Numbered from the stretch's first letter, positions 19,392 through 33,362 are shown. The stretch is DNA of 64,000 bases from an uncultured Verrucomicrobiae bacterium (GCA_963812605.1 CAWEWF010000001.1:256001-320000), one strand, 5' to 3'. Notes: a model not told the origin generated them from the sequence alone. A program made the numbers and translations.

Positions 19392-21919
19392 TGCTCGGAG
19401 AGTTTCTTGAAATATTTCTCGATCCGGCCGCGGTAGGCCGGCGGCAGATGGGAGGGATCAATATAAGTGACCGCTGGTTCTTTGGGTTTATCACCCCGCG
19501 CGTCCTCAACCTCGACGGAAAAATCGCGGATTTCGTCCATCAGCTTTTTGATTGCCGGCCCATCGAGTTTGACGGTTTTGTCCTTCAATTCCTGTTCGAC
19601 CAGTAACAGGAGTTTGTCGGTTTGTTCGTTGTGGCCGTCGATGCCGACAATGCCGTCGTTGAGATTATTCCGGGCCTCGTCACGCAATCGGGCCTCGTCC
19701 TGGGGAGAAAGCGCATGGTTGTTGTTAAGTTGGGCGAGCAGACTGCCCAACTGGTCCAGCCCACGCTCCAGCGCATTCTCGCTGTTTTCCCGCGGCGAGC
19801 CGGTCTTGCCGGAATTCTTCACGATGGACGGCTGGCTGTCGTCGAATGCCTTGCTAACGCCGGCAAGCCCGTCCTTCGCCCTGCCCGCTGCTTGTTTGGC
19901 CGCCTCCGCGCCCTGCGCTTGCGGCAGGGCGTCGAGTTGCGAATCCAGCGCTTGCTTGCGCTGGTCCGTGAGGGAATCGCGCAACGGAGGGCCGAACGCG
20001 TCGCGTGTCGGTTGTTGTTCGGCGAAGCGTTTCAGTTGGCCCGTGGTTTCCTTGGCATCGGCAATCACTTGGTGTATTTGCTCGGGCGTGAGGGCCGAGG
20101 GATTCTGCTCGAGCCGACCGAACTGCCCGATTTGTTCGTCGAGTAATTGCTTCAACTTGTAGGCATCGGTGAGCGAACGTCCCAAAGTTTGGTCCTTCAA
20201 TGTCTGCTGTAATTTCTCCAGGTCGTCCGCGGCGGTGGCGGTGGCCTTGCGCGCGCTCCAGTCATTCTTCCGCAACGCGTCTTCCGCGCCTTTCATCACC
20301 TGTTGCGCCTCGGCCATCTCGTTGGTGGCGGCTTGGAACGGCTTGGGATGCTGCTGCTGAAACTCTTCGAGCTTCTTGCGCAATTCCTGCTGCTGATCGG
20401 CGAGCTTGGACTGATCGGCCCGGGGCGATTTCAAGACGCGCTGGGAGAGAGCCTGCTCGGATTGGAGCGTATCCTGCACAAGATCCTGCGCGGCCTTGTT
20501 TTCATTGCGAAATTCCTCGATCTGCTTGAGCTTGTCGGTTGCCCCCGCAATCGGCGTGGCTTCATCTTCCTTCGGCGGTTGGAAGGCGTCCGGGTGGTCG
20601 TTGACGAATTTCTGAAACTGCTTGCGCGTGGCCACCAGTTCGGTCAACGCCGTGCGTTCCTGCGCCTGGGCGTCGGGGAGTTGGTCCGCTTGCAGGCTGC
20701 CACCCGCCCGCTTCAACCAGGTCTCCGCCTGCGCCAGGTGATCGAGAACGTCGCCAATCGGCTCATTCTCCAACTCGCTACTGATGCGGGCGTAGACGTG
20801 ACGCGAGGCGTCGGCCAGGTCCGTCTCGGCGGACGCCAGTTTACTCTCGTCCTGCGGATCGTGCGTGGATGCCTGGCCGTAACGGTGCGTCTCGCGGATG
20901 ACGTGCTGCTGGCGATCGATCAATTCCGTCAGTTCACTGAGCAACTGGTAGGACTTGCCGCCCTCGCCGCCGGGCATCTTGAGGATGTCTTCGCGAAAGG
21001 GGCGCACCTCGAGGAAATAAACGTCCGAAGCGTAAGAACCGCTTTCTGTCGTTGCCGCTTTTGCGTAGTAGGTGAGCACATCCCAGTCGGCGAGGTGAAA
21101 TTCGTCCAAATACAGTACCGGCTGATACACCGCGTAGCGCGGCTCGGTGGGATGCGGCAACGCATGCGGTTGCTCCGCGTCGCCGTTGAGGGCGCTTCGC
21201 CATTCGACGTTGCTCAATACCTGGTCGCTGGCGACTTCAATCAGCAGCGGAACGGCATCCACTTTGGTCACGCGCAGGTCGTGTCCCGGCTCGTTGATGC
21301 GCACTTCGCCCCAGTTCTTCTTTTGCTCCGTCGTGTTTTCGGGGGGCAGGACCAGGTCCGAGTTCGTGGATTTTGCCGTTTCGACGGCCAGTTGATCGTC
21401 GGATTGCAGGCGCGACCAGGGGGCAAAGCGGTTGTAAAACTCAAGTGTCCCCACGAGCAGCAACACGAAGGCGAGGAGATGGGCCAGCGGACGCCATGGC
21501 GAGACGGGCGACCGCAACGGACCAAGCGCCAGCAGGTTCTGGGTTTGTTGCTCGATGCGTCGGGAATAAAAGCGCTGCCAGTCGTTCTCGTAGTGTTTCT
21601 GCAGGAACACGAGGGTGTTGAGCCGGTCGAGCAACTTCGGGTTCATCCGCTCCAGGGCCGCCGCCAGCCGGGGACGACCCGACGACTTTGCCGCGCGAAT
21701 CATCAAGACGATGTACCCGATGATCGCGGCGGTGATGATTGCCCAATTGGCCGCGTCCGCCCACCCGACATGGACCACCCATCCGCGCACGATCGCCGTT
21801 CCCAACAGCAAGTAGAGCAGGCAAACGATCCCGCCCAGCGTGGCCAGGTATTGTAATCTGCGTAATCGCGCCCGGCGATGCGCGGCTTGTCTCAAGCTCC
21901 TTTCGATCGCGTTTTTCAT
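19388..21919 (-). CDS. Membrane-anchored long coiled-coil protein (DUF4175-like)
   Basis: N-terminal TMs, Ig-like segment 'YYAKA....SDVYFLEVRPF', Q/E/K-rich helices, C-terminal 'PPAYRGRIEKYFKKLS'; ATG at 21919. Confidence 0.8.
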   Translation of the reverse strand: MKNAIERSLRQAAHRRARLRRLQYLATLGGIVCLLYLLLGTAIVRGWVVHVGWADAANWAIITAAIIGYIVLMIRAAKSSGRPRLAAALERMNPKLLDRLNTLVFLQKHYENDWQRFYSRRIEQQTQNLLALGPLRSPVSPWRPLAHLLAFVLLLVGTLEFYNRFAPWSRLQSDDQLAVETAKSTNSDLVLPPENTTEQKKNWGEVRINEPGHDLRVTKVDAVPLLIEVASDQVLSNVEWRSALNGDAEQPHALPHPTEPRYAVYQPVLYLDEFHLADWDVLTYYAKAATTESGSYASDVYFLEVRPFREDILKMPGGEGGKSYQLLSELTELIDRQQHVIRETHRYGQASTHDPQDESKLASAETDLADASRHVYARISSELENEPIGDVLDHLAQAETWLKRAGGSLQADQLPDAQAQERTALTELVATRKQFQKFVNDHPDAFQPPKEDEATPIAGATDKLKQIEEFRNENKAAQDLVQDTLQSEQALSQRVLKSPRADQSKLADQQQELRKKLEEFQQQHPKPFQAATNEMAEAQQVMKGAEDALRKNDWSARKATATAADDLEKLQQTLKDQTLGRSLTDAYKLKQLLDEQIGQFGRLEQNPSALTPEQIHQVIADAKETTGQLKRFAEQQPTRDAFGPPLRDSLTDQRKQALDSQLDALPQAQGAEAAKQAAGRAKDGLAGVSKAFDDSQPSIVKNSGKTGSPRENSENALERGLDQLGSLLAQLNNNHALSPQDEARLRDEARNNLNDGIVGIDGHNEQTDKLLLLVEQELKDKTVKLDGPAIKKLMDEIRDFSVEVEDARGDKPKEPAVTYIDPSHLPPAYRGRIEKYFKKLSEQ

Positions 21920-23945
21920 TTGTTGGCCCTTCGCAACGCCAACCAGGCGGTTTCGATCGACAAGGCCAGCGCTGCTACGAGCACCGTCCACCACCACCAG
22001 GGTTGCTGCAAGATGGCCGCGAACGTTTGCTCGAATACCGGATCCACCAGTGGCCAGCGCCGCATGTTGCGCGGTGCGCGGCACCTGCCAGGCGGCCAGC
22101 GCGTCCGGAACCGCGACGTACTTCAGGATCGACTCCTTCGGCGAAGGGTTGACGCTGATCATCTTCTCCACGGTCGGATTTGCGTCGTACGTCAGCGCGT
22201 ACAAGCCCGGCACCAGCGGCGCGACAAACTGCGCCCGGTGATTGATGACCGCCGTGCGCGACAATTCGCGCGGCCCATCATGCAGCACCACGTCGCGCAC
22301 GGGGGAATCGCCGGGCAGGTTGACGAATGCAGGCGTCGCCGGGTTCGAAATTCACGGGCGTCGTGTCCTCGGCGCGCGCCTGTTGCAGGCAGAGGTCGAG
22401 GAACGGAATGAAAGTCGGGTGTATCGGCCAGTTCGTTTGGTCGCGGTCGAGTCCAAAACTGCACACGAACAGCTTGCCCTTCGTTTTCGTCCCTTGAAAC
22501 AACAGCACGTCGCCGGACTGCGAAAACGCCAGCGGAATTGCCGTGGCTGACTTCAGGCGCGCGTGCCGTCGCACGGTCACTTCGGCAAGATTCCCGAAAT
22601 CAGACGACACAAACGCGTGAAAAATGGGATTATTGGCGTAGACATACTGAAAGACGGTCGGCTCGGTCGATTCCCCCTGGACTTCGAAGTCGAGTTGGCG
22701 CAGCAGGTCCGTCAACGGCACGCTGAGACGATTCACCAGGAGCACCACACCGGAGCCGGCGTCGAGCCAGCGCATGACCAGCTTGCGCGCCTCCTCGGAC
22801 TGCAAGAAGTTCCCCTCGACGCACAGCACTTCTTCGCTCCGCTCCGCGGCGGCCTCGGCCGACAGGCGTGACGGTTCCAACAGGCGGGTGGCCCATTGCC
22901 CCTTCATGATCTCCGGCGACAACGCGAGCCGAAGGTACGGGGATCGCGCCAGGAGCGCCACGCGGCCTTCCCGCACCGGCGGGACGGCGAAGAAAGCGCG
23001 ATTATCGCCGGGCAATGCATCGGGAGCGCCTTGCACGGTCATTTCGCCCTGCAGCCACAATGTCGGGTCGGCCTCCCATTGGGCCTGCAAGACGATCGAG
23101 TCCGATGAGCCGGTCAAATCAACGGTGCGGTTGAAAATGCCCTGGCCGTTCACCGTCAGGGCGACCACCGCCTGCTTCGCATCGCCCTGATGACTCAAGG
23201 GCACCGTGCAGTTGATGAGTGATTTATCACCCAGAAAGACGCGTTGAACGTTTGGCTCGCCCAATGCGAGATTGGGCGCCGAGGTCGCCGTGACCGCCGG
23301 CAGTGTCACCTCGACATTTTGCAGGAACGGCGGCGTGGCGGTGGATTCCGACCATTGGTTTTCCTGGTTGTCGCCGAGAAGAACAATGCGCTTGCGTTCA
23401 CCCAGCGACTGGCTGAGCAGTGTGTTGGCCTGGCGGAAGGCGGCCAGGTACGAGCCGCGCTGGAAAGAAGGCGTCAGCTCGAGCAGTTTTTGTTTCACAA
23501 GCTGGCGGTCCTCGCCGAACGCCGCCAACACGCGCGGCCGCGCGGTCAGTTCGATCACCGCGATTTGGGTCTCGATTCGCGCCTGGCCAAGTTCTTTCAC
23601 AAGCCGGTCGCGGTCTTGCGCAAAGCCATTGTTGGCCTGGTGACTGAAGGTGTTGTCCAAAATATAAACCCGGCTCTCCGTGATCGCCGCGCGCGCGCCC
23701 TCGCGGCGATAGGGCCAGGCAAACGCCGCGGCCAACAGCAACAGCGCGAGCGCCCGCAGCGCCAGCAGCAGCAGGTCGCGCAACTGCAACGGGCTGCGTT
23801 TGGGGAAGGGTTGGTCGCTCAGAAAGCGGACGGCGGAAAACGGCGTGAGATTCTGCTGCTGTTTGCGACGCAGGTGCAACCACACCGGCGCGCCGATGGC
23901 CAGCGCTCCCAGCCAGAGCAGGGGATGAAGAAACGACAGGTTCAT
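21916..23945 (-). CDS. BatA-domain / vWA protein (about two frameshifts in the 3' part)
   Basis: 'FLHP..W.G..AI..PVWLHL..K...F.A..FL'; 'LDNTFS'; the C-terminus continues in other frames to 'WWWW..ETAW' and a stop at 21916. Confidence 0.8.
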
Positions 23946-24865
23946 TTCAGCCGCTTCCTCTCCGCGAGAAACAGCGCCAGCGCCGGCCAGGGACTTTCGT
24001 CCGTGCGTACGATGCCGTGCGGCATCTCCAGGTTGCGGAACAATTCCCGGTGCCCTGTCATGAACTCGCCGAATCGGGCGAGGTACCGCTCGCGTGCAGC
24101 ACCGGGGACGACCAGGCGCCGTTCGCCGCTTTCGAGGTCCTCGAACACGCGGTCGGTGTCGAATGGAAACTCGATTTCATCGCGGTCCAGCACTTGAAAC
24201 ACGACGACTTCGTGGCCATGGAAACGGAGTTGCTTGAGGCCCAGCGCCACTTCCTCGGACGGTTCCAACAAATCGGAAAAGAAAAAAATCACGCTGCGTC
24301 GATGGACGAGCCGCGCGGTGTCGGCCAGGAGTTTTCCGAGACAGGCGCCGCCCGCCGGCCGCAAGCCGTCGAGACGGCGGAGCATCAACCCGAACTGGGT
24401 CGGTTGTTGCGAGGGGCGGATGAACTGCGTTGTTTCCTTGACGCCATCCAGGGCCACCAGACCAGCCGCGTCATTTTGCTTCAACAAAAACCACGTCATG
24501 GCCGCCCCGAGGATCCGCGCGCAATCGAGCTTCGAGCCCCAGGCCCGATCCCCGCGATACGACATGGAGGCGCTGGTATCGCAGACGATGTAGAAGCGGA
24601 CATTGGTTTCCTGCATGTACCGCTTGATGCAGAGGCGGTCGTTCCGCGCATACAACCGCCAATCCACATGCCGCAGATTGTCGCCCGGTTGATAGTCGCG
24701 GTAATCGCTGAATTCGACGCTGAACCCGTGAAACGGGCTTTCATGCAGGCCGCTGAGGAACCCCTCCATGACGTAGCGCGCTTTGAAGTCCAGTCCTTGC
24801 AGCGTAGCCAGCACTTGCGGATCAAAACCCGCCAGCGAGGGTGTCGCACTGGACGAAGCAATCAT
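23942..24865 (-). CDS. DUF58 domain protein
   Basis: 'GLHESPFHGFSVEFSDYRDYQPGD.LR.VDWR.YAR', 'DTSASM', 'FSDL'. Confidence 0.93.
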   Translation of the reverse strand: MIASSSATPSLAGFDPQVLATLQGLDFKARYVMEGFLSGLHESPFHGFSVEFSDYRDYQPGDNLRHVDWRLYARNDRLCIKRYMQETNVRFYIVCDTSASMSYRGDRAWGSKLDCARILGAAMTWFLLKQNDAAGLVALDGVKETTQFIRPSQQPTQFGLMLRRLDGLRPAGGACLGKLLADTARLVHRRSVIFFFSDLLEPSEEVALGLKQLRFHGHEVVVFQVLDRDEIEFPFDTDRVFEDLESGERRLVVPGAARERYLARFGEFMTGHRELFRNLEMPHGIVRTDESPWPALALFLAERKRLK

Positions 24866-24872
24866 GGCACGG

Positions 24873-25901
<1,029 letters not shown>

Positions 25902-25915
25902 AATTTATCTCCTCA

Positions 25916-28580
25916 TCATCTCTCAAAACTGGGCGACTCTGCAAGGGTGGTGAATAGCGCGCGCAACTGGTTTTGCAAGAGCGCCGTGTCAGCCAGCGAA
26001 AACTCGCCGCTGTCCAACTCCGTCTCCAACCGCGCGATGAGTGTGGAGCTATCCGCTTTCTCCCATCGCACCTTCCAGCGCAGGGGCGGCAGAGCGTTCT
26101 CACGCGGCGATGGCAACCGAATCACCTGCGCCGTGGATGGCAGCGTGAATTTCACCGTCTGCTCCATCTTCATCGGATACGCGTGATTCAACACCAGCGG
26201 TGTGTGGCGCTGGTGCAGGGCCAGGTCCCATTCGCGGGGCAGCCAGAACGGCGCGGCCATACTTGCGGTCCAAGTGCCTTCCGCCTGCCATGAGAAATTC
26301 GTCTGTAACTCGGAGATCGGCGTGAAACTTTGTCGGGTCATCGCGAATGCGCCAGCGGCCGGTCGGAACCTGACCGCCAACAGCGGCATCGTGCTTCGTA
26401 GCTCGCCCAGTTCACGCGCTGTTGCCCGCAGATCGTAGTCGCAGAATCCAACACCCGTAACCGTGAGATGAATCGGCCAGGCGTCGCCTTCGCATTGGAC
26501 TGCAGCATCCAAAAAGAACTGATGAGCATCCGCGGTGGGCGCGGGCAGTTGCGTAAGTGCTGTCGACTGGCTGTCCACGACCAGCACACGCCGTCCCGGA
26601 TCGCCCGGAGGCAGCAGGCCGAACGGGCACGTGTCGTCCGTCGTGTCCACCCAGAAGGTTTCATTGGTAAGCGAGACGCGCGAAATGGCGTGATTGAACG
26701 CCAGGCCGGGCAGCGCATCGTACGCTTGCATGAATCGCGGCACGAGCACCAGATTGGCGTCGATGCCTTGCGAACGCAGCAACGTGTTGAACAAATTGGC
26801 CTTGTCCTTGCAGTCGCCGAATTGATTGCGGAGCACGTTGGCGGCCGCGTGCGGACGATGCGAATTGACGCCGAGCGGGATGGCAATATAACGGAGGTTG
26901 GTCACAAACTCATAGATTGCCTGGACCTTGTCGCGGTCTGTTTTTGAATCTCGCGTAAGTTCCGCGGCTTTCGCGGCAATCTCGGGAGTCACCTCATCCG
27001 CCAGGCGAACAATCCGCGAGTACCATTCCGAAAAGGCGGCCCAATCCGGGAAGGTCGAAACCATCAAGAACGGCCCGCCTTCGGGAGCCGTCAAGACTTC
27101 CCGCACATGCGCAGGAATATCCTGCAAATGCCAGCCGTAGCTGGTCCCATACGTGGTTTGATTGATCTCGGGATCGCGAGCCGTCGCCTGCTCGAACCCG
27201 AAGTGAAAGGCCGAATCGCGCGGCAGCGTCACTTGCACGGACAAATCCCGGATGGGAATGGGCGCCGCCAGCGGAATGGTCAGCGTGACATGCGGCAGGG
27301 GATAGGTGCGCCACTCGGATTGGTAATGCACACGCAACACGGCTCCGGTCGTGACGGCTGGCAGCGAAAAAAACTTGCGCCTTGGCCCGTGGTAATCACC
27401 CACCGATTCATCCTCCGTCTCGCGGATTTCATCGGGATCGAGACGCAGGAGTTTTCCGTCCGGCTGCAAGACTTCGCAGTCGAGAAACGTGACGTCCTCT
27501 TGCGGTGGCCAGTAGGCCACGTCGAAATCGCCGTGCCGTTTGCCTTCGGGCGTGAGAATCTGGATGAACTCTTCCTGTTCGGACTTGATGGCCGGGCTGT
27601 CGCCAAGGGTGTACTGGATACGAGAGGTCAAAATAACCGCGTCGCTGTCAGGGAATTGATCGGGGCTGACCCGCTGAATTTGCTTCCAGGCCGAGGACGG
27701 CGCCGGCAATGGATGCGGCTGCGCGGGCAGCGAGGCCAGCGAGTCCGCCGTCTCGGTTCCTGCCAGGAGAAGCGGCGCATTGGTTCCCGCCCACAGAGTT
27801 GGCTCTTCGGTCCGCGCCAGGTGGCGATCTTCGTACCAGGCGGACGTGGCCTGCCCCAATTCCTGGCCAAATTCTTCAAACGCAAACGCCGGATTGGCGC
27901 GCAGAATTTTCAGCGCCAGCGGCATGGCCATTGGATCGTTGGAAAACATCGTCTCACTTTCGGAGGAGATGATGCTGCGGTTGTTACCCGCCAACTCGTG
28001 GGCGAACGCGCCGCTTCCGCGGAAAAACAAGAGCCATTGTGACGGGGCGTGGGGCATTTGGGCGGCAAACTCGCGGCAATCCGCGGCCGTTAGACGCGGT
28101 CCGCGCAGATGAAAACACCGGTGTTTCTCCCTGCTGACCGCCGTGCCCCCACATGATCACCAACAGCGGGTCCGTCAATCCCGAAAGATTTTTCCCCAGC
28201 GTCAGGAACTGTTTCCGTGTTGCCGTCATCATATTCGTCGAGAGAGGCGACGCTCCGCCCAACGCTTCGGCATTGTCCGCCAATATGAAAACCTGCCGTG
28301 GGGGCATTTGATTGGTCAACAAATCGAGCAACTCCGTCAACTGGACGCGATAATCCGTTTCGTTCGCCACGTCGCCGGCCAACCCGACGACGATGACGAC
28401 AGTCGCCCGGGAGGGAATGAATGTCGTTGGGTAAGCGGCAACCGAACCGGGCAATACCAGCCGCGCGACAATCCAGCCGAGCACCAGTCCCTTTCGCAAA
28501 CCCGGCGTACAAACGCTGGCCAGGGAGTCGAAAGAATCGAGGCGGCGACTGGAATTAGACCGATGACCTGCTGCCTCCAT
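25916..28580 (-). CDS. Caspase-like N-domain + DUF3857 + transglutaminase-like protein (frameshift near 28060-28115)
   Basis: Triad motifs 'GDCKDK', 'FNHAI', 'WVDTT'; N-terminal ORF with 'IVVGLAG', 'MWGHGG'; start uncertain. Confidence 0.75.
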
Positions 28581-28666
28581 AGGGTGCGAAAAAACCGGGC
28601 AAGCCAGTGGACCCTTTCGAACGAATTGTATCACAGCCGACCGCTGGCACAAGCAAGTTCAGGGCG

Positions 28667-30226
28667 CTAGCGGGCCTCGGCAAGATCGATGTCATGTTGG
28701 ATGCGTCGCAGGACTTCGTCGTTGATGACCCGTTCATTGCGCAATTGCAGAATCACGCGCCGCTCCACGTCCAGCGCTTCCTGCAGCAAACGCCGGTACT
28801 CTGACCGGCCTCTTCTTCCACCGACATCGCTTGCCTCGCCGACTTCCAGTTGTCGCAGGCGGTCCTCATATTCAACGCGCAGATGCTCCGCAGCTTTCGG
28901 ATCGACAAGGCCCCGCGATTCGTCGAGATGGGCCAATGCGGCCTGGTTGGCCTTGATTCGCGCCATGCGTTCTTCCTTGTCGGTGACGCCATCGTCCACC
29001 ACTTTTAAGAGGCGGATGAACGACGGCAGGCTCAGCCCCTGCACGACCAGCGTGGCAAAGATGACGGTGAAGGTGAGAAAGAGGATCAGGTTGCGCCCCG
29101 GAAACGGCGAGCCGTCCCGCACCATGAGTGGCACCGCCATCGCCGCCGCGAGGGAGTCAACGCCCCGCATGCCGGTCCAGGCGACGACGGCGACATTGCG
29201 CCAGCCGGGGTAGGGGTCACGGGCGCGGAGTTTACGGCTCGCCCACCGTGGCACGTAAGCCGCGACAAACACCCAGACGATGCGCACGACAATCACGGCG
29301 GCGCTCAGGCGAAGCGCGAGCGAGCACAATTCGCGGAAGGAATAGCGACCCAACCCACCCGTCACTTCTGGCAACTGCAACCCGATGAGGACGAAGATGA
29401 TTCCGTTCAGCAGGAAGACCACCATTTCCCAGACGGGGTAGGCTTGAAGACGGACGCGGGAACTGCTGATTTCCGGTGAACGCCACCCCAGATACAATCC
29501 GGCAACCACCACGGCCAAAACGCCGGAGACGCCGATCTTTTCCGCCAGCAGATACGCCGCGAACGGTGTCAGGAGAGAGATCGTCGTCTGTACCGGTGGA
29601 TCATCGAGGCGACGATGGATCCAGGCGGTGATGGATCCGACCAGCAGCCCGATGAATGTTCCACCGATGACGACCACGATGAAGCGAATGCCGGCTTGAA
29701 ACATCGAAAACGTTCCGGTCACGACTGCGGCGACCGCAAAGCGATAGCAGACAAAAGCCGTGGCATCGTTGACCAGGCTCTCGCCCTCCAGGATGGTGAC
29801 CACGCGTCGCGGGACGCGAAGCCGCTCGGCAATGGCCGTTGCGGCGACGGCATCCGGCGGGGAAACGATCGCGCCCAGGACAAAGGTCGCGGCCAACGGC
29901 AGGCCGGTCCAGTAATGCACCAGCAAGCCGATCACCACTGTCGTAAAAAGCACCAGGCCGATGGCCAACAGGGAAATGGTGCGGATATTCTTTCGGAAGT
30001 CCCGCCAGGAGGTGAACAAGGCCGCCGGGAACAAAAGCGGCGGCAGAAACAACACAAACACCAAATCCGGATTCAGCCGAATCCTCGGCAATTCCGGCAA
30101 CAGCCCGAGGAACAACCCGCCCACCACCAGAAGAATCGGGTAGGGCACCTGGATTTTTCTCGCCAGAAGCGCCAGGACCGCTACCAACATGAGCAATCCC
30201 AAAATGAGTTCGACGACCGCGACCAT
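28667..30226 (-). CDS. Na+/H+ antiporter (CPA1 family)
   Basis: About 12 TMs; 'FLPPLL', 'SPPDAVA', 'LEGESLVNDA', 'GMRG'. Confidence 0.95.
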   Translation of the reverse strand: MVAVVELILGLLMLVAVLALLARKIQVPYPILLVVGGLFLGLLPELPRIRLNPDLVFVLFLPPLLFPAALFTSWRDFRKNIRTISLLAIGLVLFTTVVIGLLVHYWTGLPLAATFVLGAIVSPPDAVAATAIAERLRVPRRVVTILEGESLVNDATAFVCYRFAVAAVVTGTFSMFQAGIRFIVVVIGGTFIGLLVGSITAWIHRRLDDPPVQTTISLLTPFAAYLLAEKIGVSGVLAVVVAGLYLGWRSPEISSSRVRLQAYPVWEMVVFLLNGIIFVLIGLQLPEVTGGLGRYSFRELCSLALRLSAAVIVVRIVWVFVAAYVPRWASRKLRARDPYPGWRNVAVVAWTGMRGVDSLAAAMAVPLMVRDGSPFPGRNLILFLTFTVIFATLVVQGLSLPSFIRLLKVVDDGVTDKEERMARIKANQAALAHLDESRGLVDPKAAEHLRVEYEDRLRQLEVGEASDVGGRRGRSEYRRLLQEALDVERRVILQLRNERVINDEVLRRIQHDIDLAEAR

Positions 30227-30329
30227 GCAACCATCTCAGCATTATTGTCAGCGCGGGTCAACTTTCCCGTCGAATTCCCATTTGATAATCAGCCACATTC
30301 CGCTACGGTCAGGCGTAACCGCGAATCGT

Positions 30330-33300
30330 ATGAGTGAAACTTCACCACCGGCCATCACCAAAGAATTGCTGCGGGAACTCGGGGATTGGCGCGTTGACAA
30401 GGAAGGCCGGCAACTCGCCGAGTCCGGTCGCGTGGCCGATCTCCAGTACAATCCACCCATTCTTTCCGGTCAGGTGTGCACCGCCGGCGGCGCCACTGTT
30501 ACTGCCCGACTCAAGGTCGGCAAAGGCCCGCTCGACACCGAGAACCAATGCAGTTGCCGCCAGGCGCGCGTGGAGGGGATTATTTGCGCGCACATCGTGG
30601 CGCTGGTGTACGCGTGGCTTAATAAAGACGCGGCGCGCCCAGCAGTTCTCCCGAAGTCGGTTGAGTCACCGCCGTCGTTTCCTCGCGTGACCGGCATTCC
30701 GACGCTGGAATTGGCCGTGTTAGTACCCGCGAATTTCAGCCAGGCGTGGCGTAGCGGCGCGCTGCAGGTCATTCTCGAAGCCAGCATCAACGGCGGCCCG
30801 CTCCGTCCATTCCACACGATTCCGTCACAACCGGCCACGCCGTACGTCGTCAGCGAGGAGGATGAGAAACTGCTCGGCGCGATCGAGCGGCTCAATGCGG
30901 GTCAGGTACCGGCGATTTGGCGACTGAAGGATTTCGAACGTTTTTTTCACGGCGCTGGCCGGTCATCCGCGCGTGATGCTGGGCAAGAAAAGCGTGCTTG
31001 CCGTACGAACCGCCGCAGAACGACCGAAGGTCTTTCTCGATCTCCAACCCAACGGCGAACTGCAACTGCGCGCCGCAGCGGTTCCCAGCGGTTCCGGTGA
31101 AATGCTGGGGGCGTGGAGAGTTTGATGGGACGAACCTGGAGCGCGTGGGTCCTGGCGTGGCCAACAGAATAATTGCTCGCGCGGAGGTGCCGCGGTTTTA
31201 CGAGCAGGAATTGCCGACATTGGAACAACAGGCGGATGTGGTCGGCAACGCGGTCTTCGAGCAACTGGAATTCTCGGTGGCGACCCCGCGCATCCGCGCC
31301 ACGGTGGACGGCACATTGACTGCCGTGAGCGTAAAATTGGAGGCGGTATATCCGGGTCGCACATTCCCGCTAACCGATACGCCGCTGCGCGACTGGCTGC
31401 CAGACCCGAACAACTCGCTACGATATTGGACGCGCGATGTGGCGGCGGAGCGCGCCGCGCAGCAGGCTGTCGTTACGGCGGGCTTTACAGACGCGTTGCG
31501 GTCCGAGCCGTCGGTGGGATTCTTCCTCGCCAATGTCCTCCCGCGTTGGCGCGATCAGTGGGAAGTGGTCGTCGGTGACCGCCTGCAGGCGCTTCTTGCC
31601 AGATGCGAAGTCATTGCTCCCGAAGTCACGATTCGCTCCGCTGGCAACGACTGGCTGGCGGTAGACATGGCTTTCAAGAATGAACGCGGGGAATCTCCAT
31701 TGACGCCGGTCGAGGTGCGGCAACTTTTGCAGAAGGGGCGTGGCGCATCAACGGCTCGCGAATGGCCGCATCGCGCTCGTGAACACGGAAGCCATGCGGG
31801 AGTTTCAGGAAGTAGTTTTCGATTGCGAAGCGCAGCAGACCGGCGACGGGACTGCAAATTCCCACGGCGTTTCGGCGCGTACTTGAAAGAGGCTGCCCGG
31901 GAAAACAAATGGCAACCGCCAACGGCGCTCACGCCACCGCCAGACCTGGCTTTGCCCGGCAACCTCGCCAACCAGTTGCGTCCGTACCAACGCACCGGCG
32001 TCAACTGGCTCGAGCATCTCGGCGCAAACGGACTCGGCGGCATTCTGGCCGACGAAATGGGCCTGGGTAAAACAATCCAGGCACTCGCGTGGCTGGCGGC
32101 GCGGAAAGGGGCGAAACCTTCGCTGGTGATTTGCCCGACAAGCCTGGTGACCAACTGGCAGGCCGAGGCCGCCCGGTTCACGCCGGGATTGAAAACGTTG
32201 CTGTTGCACGGGCCAAATCGGCAGGCGCGATTCGCCGACATTGCGAGTCACGACCTGGTGATCACGTCCTATGCCTTGTTGCGACGCGACAGCGAACAGT
32301 ATGCCCGATGGGAGTTCGACACGGTCATCCTCGACGAGGCGCAGCACATCAAGAACCGTTTCAGCCAGAATGCGCAGGCGACCAAGGCGCTGCGGGCGGC
32401 GCGGCGCCTGGTACTCACCGGCACGCCGATGGAAAACTCGCTCGACGACCTCTGGTCGATCTTCGATTTCCTGATGCCGGGCTATCTCGGCCCGGCCAAG
32501 GAGTTCCAGGACCGTTACGAGACGCCGATCGCGAAGACTGGTGACGCCGCGGCGTTGCGCCGGTTGCGGCAGCGACTGCGACCATTCGTGCTGCGGCGGA
32601 CAAAGGCCGAGGTCGCGCCGGAATTACCGGCCAAGATCGAACAGGTCGCGCTGTGCGAGATGAGCGCGGAACAGCAGTCCGTGTATCAGGCGATCCTCGA
32701 ACAGGGGCGGCGCGAGGTTTTCGAGCACGCCGGCAAAGGTGGCGAGGCGCAGCAGCGAATGACGGTGTTGACGACGCTGACCCGGTTGCGGCAGGCGTGT
32801 TGTCATCTGGGACTGTTGCCGGCGCGTGACGGGAAAACGTGGAGCGAACCGTCGGCAAAACTGGAACTGTGCCTGGAGTTGATCGAGGAAGCGCGCAGCG
32901 GCGGACATCGAGTGCTGGTTTTTAGCCAATTCGTGAGCCTGTTGCGGCTGCTGGAGACCGCATTACGGGCGCAGGAGATCACGTGGTGCTATCTCGACGG
33001 CGCGACGGTGGATCGCCAGGGCGAAGTGCGGCGGTTTCAGGAATCGCCGGACATTCCCGGTGTTTCTCATCAGCCTGAAGGCCGGCGGGACCGGGCTGAA
33101 CCTGACCGGGGCCGATACGGTCATTCATTTCGATCCGTGGTGGAACCCCGCCGTGGAAGAACAGGCGACCGCCCGCGCCCATCGCATCGGGCAAACGAAG
33201 ATCGTCACTTCCTACAAACTTATCGCGCAAGGTTCGGTGGAGGAGAAGATCATCCGCCTGCAGGAGAAGAAGAAGGAACTTATCGCCAACACGCTCGCGA

Positions 33301-33359
33301 CCGACGAAGCTTTTGTGCAATCGTTGACGTGGGATGAGTTGCAGGGTCTGCTGGAGTAA
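30330..33359 (+). CDS. SWIM zinc finger + SNF2-family helicase/ATPase (several frameshifts)
   Basis: 'CSC......ICAH'; '[10 protein letters not shown]', 'DEAQ', 'LTGTP.EN', '[11 protein letters not shown]', 'RAHRIGQ' across three track ORFs. Confidence 0.88.
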
Positions 33360-33362
33360 GCC

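Noticed and set aside
9711-21856. Long antisense ORFs (e.g. 9711-11249, 17271-19157, 20303-21856; also 44716-46284)
   Set aside because: Shadow frames of well-supported genes in GC-rich DNA, with no recognisable motifs.
19388-22300. The 970-aa track ORF as a single protein
   Set aside because: Its first 127 codons are mostly the frameshifted tail of the BatA gene; the real start is 21919 with an ATGA overlap.
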